Below are positions 36,001 to 43,109 of a stretch of DNA of 52,995 bases, in pieces. The stretch comes from an uncultured Bacteroidales bacterium. GTDB lineage: Bacteria > Bacteroidota > Bacteroidia > Bacteroidales > JAADJA01. The translations under genes and the position numbers were made by a program. The notes below the pieces were generated by a model. The model saw nothing but the letters and a program-made list of their open reading frames with translations. It made no database searches and was not told the DNA's origin. Numbering within the stretch: position 1 is the first letter of the stretch; each line of letters begins with the position of its first letter. The stretch is from NCBI GenBank assembly GCA_964386225.1, contig CAYLTG010000005.1, positions 1,512-54,506 of the forward strand, given 5' to 3'.

Positions 36001-38346
36001 ATGAACCCGGAAATCATTGAAATAGTAGACCGTCTGATCGAACAGAAGGGTGGCCGGCCCGGCGATGTGATCCCGCTCCTGCAGGGCATTCAGAATGCCT
36101 TCAACTACCTGCCTGAGGAGGCCCTCCTGCGTGTATGCGAAACTACGGAGATCACCCCCGCCCAGGTCTACGGCATTTCCACCTTTTACACCCAGTTCCG
36201 TCACCGCCCGGTGGGGCAGCACCTCATCAAAGTGTGCGTGGGTACGGCCTGCCACGTGAAAGGTGCCATGCAGGTGCTGGATGCCTTCCGCCGGGAACTC
36301 GGCCTCCGGGAAGGGGAGGACACCGACGAAGCGGGGCTTTTCACCGTTGACAAGGTGGCCTGCCTGGGGTGCTGCACCATTGCCCCTGTGGTCCAGATCG
36401 ACGAGGTGACCTACGGTCATGTGACCCCCGGGAAGGTGCCGGAGGTGATCAGCGACTTCCTCCATGAAGGAAGGTCGAAAGGGGCCATACGCCGCGAAAA
36501 GGGTGAAGGCGATCAGGAGAGCCAGGGCGAGATCCGCATCGGGTTGGGGTCGTGCTGCATCGCCAGTGGCAGCGAAGATGTCAAACGGGAGCTGGAGGAG
36601 ATCCTCGACAGGCAACACATCCATGTGCACGTCAAGCAGGTGGGATGTGTCGGGATCTGCAACCAGGTGCCACTGATGGAGATCCACAAGCCGGGCGAAA
36701 CGCCCTCATTCTATACCAGGATAAAGCCGGAGCAGGTGAAGGGGATCATCACCTCTCATTTCAAATCGGCCGGTGCCTTCGACAGGCTGAGGAACAGGGT
36801 CTATGATCTCTTCGAGCAGATCGTCGTGGGCGACGCCGTCACCGGGCTCGAACGTTATCCCGCAGACCAGCGCGATACCCCTGTGGCCGAGTTCCTGGAG
36901 GAGCAGGTCAACATCGCCACCGAATACAGGGGCGAGATAAAACCCTCCGACCTGGAGGAATACAAAAAACTCGGTGGTTTCGAGGCCCTCAGGTCGGCAC
37001 TGGGCCTGGAGCCCGAGGCCGTGGTGGACATCCTGAAGGAATCGGGGCTCCGCGGCCGCGGTGGGGCAGGTTTCCCCACGGGCGTGAAATGGGAGCTTGT
37101 CCATAAGGCCGTGGCCGAGAGGAAATATGTGATCTGCAATGGCGATGAAGGCGATCCCGGTGCGTTCATGGACCGCATGCTGCTCGAATCCTACCCCTTC
37201 CGGATCATCGAGGGGGTCACCATCGCCGGGTATGCCGTCGGCGCCGCCGAAGGCATCTTCTACATCCGGGCCGAATACCCACTGGCCGTGAAAAGGATCC
37301 GTGAGGCCATCGAGATAATGGAACAGCAGCACATGCTGGGCAAGAACATCCTCAACAGCGGCTTCGACTTCACCGTGCGGATCTTCGAAGGGGCCGGGGC
37401 GTTCGTGTGCGGGGAGGAAACGGCCCTCATCGCCTCCATCGAGGGGAAGCGCGGCATGCCCAAGGTACGGCCGCCCTACCCGGCGGAGAAAGGGTTGTGG
37501 GAATACCCCACGCTCATCAACAATACCGAGACGTTTTCGCTCGTCACCTGGATACTCCGGAACGGTGCCGCTGCATTCAACACGATCGGATCGGCCGACA
37601 GCAAGGGGACCAAAGTGTTCGCCCTGGCGGGAAAGATAAACCGGGGCGGGCTCATCGAGGTGCCCATGGGCATGTCCATCCGGTCCATCGTGGAGAAGAT
37701 CGGCGGCGGGGTGCAACAGGGCAGGAAATTCAAGGCCGTCCAGATCGGGGGGCCTTCAGGGGGGTGCATCCCGGCCTCCATGGCCGATATCCCCATCGAC
37801 TTCGAGTCCCTCAGGGACGCCGGGGCCATGATGGGCTCGGGCGGGCTCATCGTCCTGGATGATACGGATTGCATGGTCGACATCGCCCGGTACTTTCTCT
37901 CGTTCACTCAGGACCAGTCCTGCGGCAAATGCACGTTCTGCCGCGTGGGCACCCGCAAGATGCTGGAGATCCTGGATGGCATCACCTCCGGAAAGGGCAC
38001 GAAAGCCGACCTGGACGCACTCGACCGGCTGGCACGCTGGACGGCCAGGGGCAGCCTTTGCGGGCTCGGGAAAACGGCTCCTAACCCGGTACTGTCGACA
38101 CTGGAACACTTCCGCGACGAATACGAGGCCCACATTGAAGGACGGTGCCCCACGGGGAAATGCAAGGACCTGGTGACCTACACCATCCTCGACACCTGCA
38201 ACGGCTGCACCAAATGCGCCCAGCGGTGCCCAGCCGATGCCATTGCCATGCGACCTTATGAAGTGCATGTGATAGATACGGACAAGTGCATCAAATGCGA
38301 TATATGCAGGCAGGTGTGCCCTGTGGATGCGGTAACGACGATATGA
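36001..38346 (+). CDS. NuoE-HndB-NuoF fusion: NAD(P)H-binding FMN/Fe-S flavoprotein with C-terminal 2x[4Fe-4S] ferredoxin domain (HydB/HndC-like)
   Basis: NuoE-type 2Fe-2S: KVCVGTACHVKG...ACLGCCTIAP. Second thioredoxin-like module: IRIGLGSCCIASGSEDV...VGCVGICNQVP. NuoF motifs: GLRGRGGAGFPTGVKWE, ICNGDEGDPGAFMDR, FVCGEETALIASIEGKRGMPKVRPPYPA, QSCGKCTFCRVGT. C-terminal CNGCTKCAQRCPADAI and CIKCDICRQVCPVDAV. Confidence 0.85.
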   Translation: MNPEIIEIVDRLIEQKGGRPGDVIPLLQGIQNAFNYLPEEALLRVCETTEITPAQVYGISTFYTQFRHRPVGQHLIKVCVGTACHVKGAMQVLDAFRRELGLREGEDTDEAGLFTVDKVACLGCCTIAPVVQIDEVTYGHVTPGKVPEVISDFLHEGRSKGAIRREKGEGDQESQGEIRIGLGSCCIASGSEDVKRELEEILDRQHIHVHVKQVGCVGICNQVPLMEIHKPGETPSFYTRIKPEQVKGIITSHFKSAGAFDRLRNRVYDLFEQIVVGDAVTGLERYPADQRDTPVAEFLEEQVNIATEYRGEIKPSDLEEYKKLGGFEALRSALGLEPEAVVDILKESGLRGRGGAGFPTGVKWELVHKAVAERKYVICNGDEGDPGAFMDRMLLESYPFRIIEGVTIAGYAVGAAEGIFYIRAEYPLAVKRIREAIEIMEQQHMLGKNILNSGFDFTVRIFEGAGAFVCGEETALIASIEGKRGMPKVRPPYPAEKGLWEYPTLINNTETFSLVTWILRNGAAAFNTIGSADSKGTKVFALAGKINRGGLIEVPMGMSIRSIVEKIGGGVQQGRKFKAVQIGGPSGGCIPASMADIPIDFESLRDAGAMMGSGGLIVLDDTDCMVDIARYFLSFTQDQSCGKCTFCRVGTRKMLEILDGITSGKGTKADLDALDRLARWTARGSLCGLGKTAPNPVLSTLEHFRDEYEAHIEGRCPTGKCKDLVTYTILDTCNGCTKCAQRCPADAIAMRPYEVHVIDTDKCIKCDICRQVCPVDAVTTI

Positions 38347-38347
38347 T

Positions 38348-39919
38348 ATGATCACGCTGAAGATCGACGACAGGACGGTAAAGGTGCCGGAAAACACGAC
38401 GGTGATGCAGGCCGCGGCCCTGGCCGGCATCGACATCCCCTCCATGTGCTTCATGGAAGGCTATGGAAACCATCCATCCTGCATGGTGTGCCTTGTGAAG
38501 GACAGGTTCAGCGGACGCCTCTTCGCCTCCTGCGCCATGCCCGTGGCAGAGGGGATGGACCTGGTGGCCGGCGACGAGGAGGTCAGGGAGGCCAGGAAAG
38601 AGGCGCTGGAGCTCCTCCTCAGCGACCATGTAGGCGATTGCGAAGCGCCGTGCCGGAATGGATGCCCGGCATTTATGGACATCCCACGCATGAACCGTCT
38701 GATCGTGGAAGGACGGTTCCGGGAGGCCCTTGTCAATGTGAAACAGGAGATCGCCCTCCCCCTGATCCTCGGCTATGTGTGCGAGGCACCCTGCGAGAAG
38801 GTGTGCCGCCGGGAACCCATCGACGGGGCTGTCGCCATATGCCAGCTGAAGCGGTTCGTGGCAGCGGAAGACCTCGGCGGCGACCATCGGTGGTTCCCCG
38901 GGAAAAAAGAAATGAACGGAAAGCAGGTGACCATCGTAGGGGCAGGCCCCGCCGGGCTGGCCGCCGCATTCTACCTCACCTGGCAGGGCTGCAGGTGCAC
39001 CGTCATCGACAGGAACAGCCGCCCGGGCGGTTCCCTGCTCCGCCTCGATGAAACGGTCCTGCCGGAGGAAGCCCTCTCCCGGGAAGTGAAATACCTGGTC
39101 GACTACGGGGTGGAGTTCATCCTGGACCAGGAAGTCGACAGGGAGTACCTCGAAAGAACTGTATTGCCGTCAGCCGATGCCGTCATCTTCACCACCGGCG
39201 CCCAGGGTCCCCACAGGACCGGCAAGCTGGGCGTGCTGTTCGACAGCCGGGGCATCCTGGTCGACAAGGATACCGGGGCCTGCGACAGACCGGGGTTCTT
39301 TGCCGCCGGAAGTGCGGTGAGGAGGCAGCACATGGCCATCCGCACGGTGGCCCAGGGAAAGGCGGTGGCGCTGTCGGTGCTGGATCATCTTCTTGGAAAG
39401 GAGCACAGGCCCTTTCACAAGATGTTCAACTCGCGCTTCGGGAAACTCCATCCGGAAGAACAAGACGAATATCTGAAGGAGGCGTCCCGGGCCGGGAGGA
39501 CGACACCCCGGAACGGGAACCTGGAAGGATTTGATGAAGATGAGGCCCGGGCGGAGGCGGCCCGGTGCATGCATTGCGATTGCCGCAAGCCCTCCACCTG
39601 CAAACTGCGCCTCTTGTCAGAAGAGTATGGCGCCGACAGGAAAAAATACCTGGCGGGCGAAAGAAAGCAGGTCAGTAAACAATTTACGCACAAAAGCATT
39701 GTATATGAAAGGGAGAAATGTATCAAGTGCGGCCTGTGCGTGGAGATAGCCGCAGGGGAAAAGGAACTGACGGGCCTCACCTTCATCGGGCGCGGCTTCG
39801 ACGTGAGGGTGGGGATCCCCTTTACGCGCGAACTGGATCAGGCGCTGGCACGCACTGCACTGAAATGCGCGGAGGCATGCCCCACCGCCGCAATATCGGT
39901 AAAGCATGACAAGAATTGA
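38348..39919 (+). CDS. 2Fe-2S ferredoxin / GltD-like (glutamate synthase small-subunit-type) FAD-NAD(P)H oxidoreductase with extra C-terminal Cys-cluster domain
   Basis: N-terminal NuoG-like 2Fe-2S segment: ITLKIDDRTVKVPENTTVMQAAALAGIDIPSMCF...HPSCMVCLV. GltD-like segment: HVGDCEAPCRNGCPAFMDIPRMNRLIVEGRFREAL...LGYVCEAPCEKVCRR. Dinucleotide fold VTIVGAGPAGLAAAFYL. C-terminal CMHCDCRKPSTCKL and CIKCGLCVEI. The ATG is 1 nt after the NuoEF stop. Confidence 0.75.
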   Translation: MITLKIDDRTVKVPENTTVMQAAALAGIDIPSMCFMEGYGNHPSCMVCLVKDRFSGRLFASCAMPVAEGMDLVAGDEEVREARKEALELLLSDHVGDCEAPCRNGCPAFMDIPRMNRLIVEGRFREALVNVKQEIALPLILGYVCEAPCEKVCRREPIDGAVAICQLKRFVAAEDLGGDHRWFPGKKEMNGKQVTIVGAGPAGLAAAFYLTWQGCRCTVIDRNSRPGGSLLRLDETVLPEEALSREVKYLVDYGVEFILDQEVDREYLERTVLPSADAVIFTTGAQGPHRTGKLGVLFDSRGILVDKDTGACDRPGFFAAGSAVRRQHMAIRTVAQGKAVALSVLDHLLGKEHRPFHKMFNSRFGKLHPEEQDEYLKEASRAGRTTPRNGNLEGFDEDEARAEAARCMHCDCRKPSTCKLRLLSEEYGADRKKYLAGERKQVSKQFTHKSIVYEREKCIKCGLCVEIAAGEKELTGLTFIGRGFDVRVGIPFTRELDQALARTALKCAEACPTAAISVKHDKN

Positions 39920-41036
39920 CATACATATCCGGTTTCTGGCCCTCGTCCTGCTGGTGTCCGCAGGATGCCGGGGAGGGATGGCACAGACCGGGACCAGCTG
40001 GCCCTCTTTCAGGGGGAACCCGGCACTTGACGGGGTGGCCCCCGTAAGCCTGCCCGGGGAATGGAAATTGCTTTGGTCTTTCAAAACGGAAGATGCGGTC
40101 AGGTCGTCTCCGGTAATACATGACGGGATGGTCTACTGCGGTTCGGACGATGGGCATGTTTACGGCATCACCGCGGCCGGAGCGATGAAATGGAAATTCA
40201 ATGCCGGGACGTCCGTGGAAGCGCCGCCCCTCTACCTCGACGGAAGGGTTTACGTGGGTTCGCTCGAAGGGGTGCTCTACGCGCTGGATGCCTACACCGG
40301 ATTGCAGGTATGGGAATACCATACCGATGGTCAGGTGTCCGGCTCCTCCGGGTGGGTGACGGCAGCGGATGGGAAAACGAAATTCATCATCACCGGCAGC
40401 TATGACTTCTTCCTGCATGCCGTGGATGCGGCCACAGGCGCGCCGGCGTGGAAATATGAAGCCGATAACTACATCAACGGCGCCCCGGCCACCGATGGCA
40501 GGGTGGCCGTTTTCGGGGGATGCGACGGGTTCCTCCACAAGGTGGCGGTGACCACGGGCAAGGCCGAGGACAAGATCGACATTGGCACCTACATTGCCGC
40601 CTCCGCAGCCATCGACGGGCAGAAAGCCTATTTTGGCAATTACGACGGGGTGTTCTTTTGTGCCGACCTGTCAGCGAAGAAGGTGCTCTGGCAGAAAGAG
40701 GGCCTCGGCGAGATCATCAGTTCGCCGGCCGTGAGCGGGGACCGCGTGGTGATCGGGACCAGGGACCGGAACGTCTATTGCTTCAGCGCCTCCAGCGGGG
40801 AGGAGCTTTGGAAATTCACGACCCTCGGCAAAGTGGAGGCCTCCCCGGTGATCGCCGGGGATGTGGTGGTGGTCCCCTCGGGAGATGGCAGGATATACAT
40901 GCTTGGCCTGCAGGACGGGGAAAAGCGCTGGTCGTACGATGTGGGTAGTGCCGTTTACAGCTCGCCGGCCGTGGTGAAGGACCTGATCGTCGTCGGTGCA
41001 CAGGATGGCCGCATCTATGGCTTCGGGCCACGATGA
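39906..41036 (+). CDS. PQQ-like/BamB-type beta-propeller repeat protein, paralog 6 (lipobox-like signal)
   Basis: 376 aa. N-terminus FLALVLLVSAGCRGG. WPSFRGNPALDGVAPVSLPGEWKLLWSF. Regular blades: SSPVIHDGMVYCGSDDGHVYGI, APPLYLDGRVYVGSLEGVLYALDAYTG, SSPAVSGDRVVIGTRDRNVYCF, SSPAVVKDLIVVGAQDGRIYGF. The ATG overlaps the end of the GltD-like gene by 14 nt. Confidence 0.8.
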   Translation: MTRIDIHIRFLALVLLVSAGCRGGMAQTGTSWPSFRGNPALDGVAPVSLPGEWKLLWSFKTEDAVRSSPVIHDGMVYCGSDDGHVYGITAAGAMKWKFNAGTSVEAPPLYLDGRVYVGSLEGVLYALDAYTGLQVWEYHTDGQVSGSSGWVTAADGKTKFIITGSYDFFLHAVDAATGAPAWKYEADNYINGAPATDGRVAVFGGCDGFLHKVAVTTGKAEDKIDIGTYIAASAAIDGQKAYFGNYDGVFFCADLSAKKVLWQKEGLGEIISSPAVSGDRVVIGTRDRNVYCFSASSGEELWKFTTLGKVEASPVIAGDVVVVPSGDGRIYMLGLQDGEKRWSYDVGSAVYSSPAVVKDLIVVGAQDGRIYGFGPR

Positions 41037-41064
41037 TCCTAAACAAGAGGAAAAGAAACAGACC

Positions 41065-42351
41065 ATGAAGATCATAAACATAGTACCCGGGTTTGGCGGT
41101 ACCTTCTATTGCGGGAACTGCCTCCGCGACAGCGGGCTGATGAGGGCCCTGAAACAGACGGGACATGAGGCCCATACCTTGCCTATTTACCTTCCGCTCT
41201 TTGCAAACAATAACCAGGATGGTGATTCTGATATCCCTGTATTTTACGGTGCTGTAAATATCTATCTAAAGCAAAACTTTAAGTTATTCCGCCATATCCC
41301 CGGATGGCTGCACAGGCTGCTCGATTCCAGCCCGGTATTGCGTTATGCGGCCAGGAAAGCCGGATCCACCCGTGCCCATGGACTGGAGGAAATGACGATC
41401 TCGATGCTGAAGGGCCATGAAGGCTATCAGCAGGAGGAACTGGACCAGCTTGTCAGCTTCCTCAGGGACCATGAGAAGCCGGACGTGGTGCACCTTAGCA
41501 ACGCACTGCTGCTGGGGCTCGCTAACCGGATCCGGACCGAGGTGGGTGCCCATGTGGTGTGCTCCCTGCAGGACGAGGATGTGTGGGTCGACGCCATGGC
41601 CCCTGAATACCAGCAAAAGGTGTGGCGGATGATGAGCGAGAAGGGAAAGGATGTGTCTGCGTTCGTGGCCGTGAGCGATTATTTCGCCTCCCTGATGCAC
41701 GAGAAGATGGACATCCCCCGGGAGAAGATGCATGTGATCCACATCGGCATAGATGCACAGAAATACAAGGTGGAGGAGCCGGCACTCGACAACCCCGTGA
41801 TCGGCTATCTGTCGCGTACCAACGAGGAGAACGGTTTCGGCCTCCTCGTGGATGCCTTCATCCTCCTGAAGGAAAGCCCGGCCGGCAAGAATGCCAGGCT
41901 CAGGGTGACCGGAGGGAAGACAAGCGATGACAACAAGTTCATCAGGCAGCAGGTCAGGAAGCTCAAAAAGAAAGGGTTTCATCATGATGTGGAGATCAGC
42001 GATGATTTCACGGACATTGTCGGGACCGGCTTTTTCAGGGGGTTGACCCTGCTGTCCGTGCCCGTGCTCAATGGTGAGGCCTTTGGCATGTACCAGCTTG
42101 AGTCGCTGGCCTCGGGCATCCCGATCGTTCAGCCTGCCCTCGGGGCTTTTCCCGAGATCGCCAGGGTCACCGGCGGGGGTGTCGTCTACCACCCCAACAG
42201 CCCTGAACAATTGGCGGAAAAATGGGCCGGGCTGCTGGATGAACCCGGGAAGATCCTGGAGATGAGCAGGTCGGGCAGGAAAATGGTGGAGGAGAAGTTC
42301 AGCATCACGGAACTTACCAACAAAATGATCGACCTTTACAAGGCATTGTGA
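41065..42351 (+). CDS. Glycosyltransferase family 4 (GT-B, group 1)
   Basis: The start is taken at MKIINIVPGFGGTFYCGNCLRD. GT4 C-terminal signature: GLTLLSVPVLNGEAFGMYQLESLASGIPIVQPALGAFPEI. The track's 40996 start overlaps the previous gene in another frame. Confidence 0.75.
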   Translation: MKIINIVPGFGGTFYCGNCLRDSGLMRALKQTGHEAHTLPIYLPLFANNNQDGDSDIPVFYGAVNIYLKQNFKLFRHIPGWLHRLLDSSPVLRYAARKAGSTRAHGLEEMTISMLKGHEGYQQEELDQLVSFLRDHEKPDVVHLSNALLLGLANRIRTEVGAHVVCSLQDEDVWVDAMAPEYQQKVWRMMSEKGKDVSAFVAVSDYFASLMHEKMDIPREKMHVIHIGIDAQKYKVEEPALDNPVIGYLSRTNEENGFGLLVDAFILLKESPAGKNARLRVTGGKTSDDNKFIRQQVRKLKKKGFHHDVEISDDFTDIVGTGFFRGLTLLSVPVLNGEAFGMYQLESLASGIPIVQPALGAFPEIARVTGGGVVYHPNSPEQLAEKWAGLLDEPGKILEMSRSGRKMVEEKFSITELTNKMIDLYKAL

Positions 42352-42402
42352 TAACCTCTGCATCGGGTGGAATGCCCCCAGGTCGTATAAAACGGGATTG
42401 CG

Positions 42403-43104
42403 ATGAGAATTCAACTGGAACACGTCAGCAAGCATTTCGAATTGCCGGAGGGCGGCGGAAGGCGCAACGTACTGAAGGATATCTCCCTCACCCTGCGGCC
42501 CGGTGACTCTGTCTCCGTGGTCGGCCCTTCGGGTTCTGGGAAAAGCACGCTGCTCAATATGATCGGCGGGCTCGACAGGCCCTCCGGGGGAACGGTCCTG
42601 TTCAACGACCAGGACCTTTGGAAGCTCCCCGACCGGGAACTGGCAGCGTTCAGGAACAGGCACATGGGGTTTGTATTTCAACTCCACTACCTGCTGCCCC
42701 AGTTGACCCTGCTCGAGAATGTCCTGGTCCCGTTGATCCCGCAAGGGGACAAGGGCAGCATGCGGAAAGGCAGGGACAGGGCCATGGCCCTTCTCGAGCA
42801 GGTGGGCCTTCATGAAAGGGTCCATCAGCGCCCCGGGCAGCTTTCCGTCGGGGAGTGCCAGCGTGCCGCCGTGGTCAGGGCCCTGGTCAATGAACCGGAA
42901 TTCATCCTGGCCGACGAGCCCACCGGGTCGCTCGACCAGGAAAATGCCGACAGCCTCGGCGACCTGCTGTCCGGCCTGGGCCGGGAAGGACAGGTAGCGG
43001 TGGTGGTCGTGACCCATGCCATGGACCTGGCAAAGAAAATGAGGACGATGATCAGGATCGAGGACGGGCACCTCACGGGCACAACCTCGAACAAATCAGA
43101 ATAA
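42403..43104 (+). CDS. ABC transporter ATP-binding protein (LolD/MacB/FtsE family)
   Basis: Walker A GPSGSGKSTLLNMIGGLDRPSGG, Q-loop FVFQLHYLLPQLT, signature LSVGECQRAAVVRAL, Walker B ILADEPTGSLD. Confidence 0.9.
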   Translation: MRIQLEHVSKHFELPEGGGRRNVLKDISLTLRPGDSVSVVGPSGSGKSTLLNMIGGLDRPSGGTVLFNDQDLWKLPDRELAAFRNRHMGFVFQLHYLLPQLTLLENVLVPLIPQGDKGSMRKGRDRAMALLEQVGLHERVHQRPGQLSVGECQRAAVVRALVNEPEFILADEPTGSLDQENADSLGDLLSGLGREGQVAVVVVTHAMDLAKKMRTMIRIEDGHLTGTTSNKSE

Positions 43105-43109
43105 GTGTC

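Noticed and set aside
36001-39919. Part of a respiratory complex I (nuo) operon
   Set aside because: Only NuoE/NuoF-like modules are present, fused and carrying ferredoxin tails, together with a GltD-like partner. No NuoA-D or NuoH-N genes are adjacent. The architecture fits soluble HydB/Hnd/Stn-type flavoproteins.
25554-41036. A nap (periplasmic nitrate reductase) or nos (N2O reductase) gene cluster, suggested by the NapG/NapH-like pair and the beta-propellers
   Set aside because: There is no NapA-type molybdopterin protein, no NosZ copper-site motifs or His-rich CuZ propeller, no NosD/L/Y, and no c-type cytochrome CxxCH genes in the cluster.
41284-43071. 595-aa minus-strand ORF opposite the GT4 and ABC ATPase genes
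   Set aside because: The opposite strand encodes proteins with Walker A/B, ABC signature and GT4 motifs. The antisense product has no motifs and a skewed composition.
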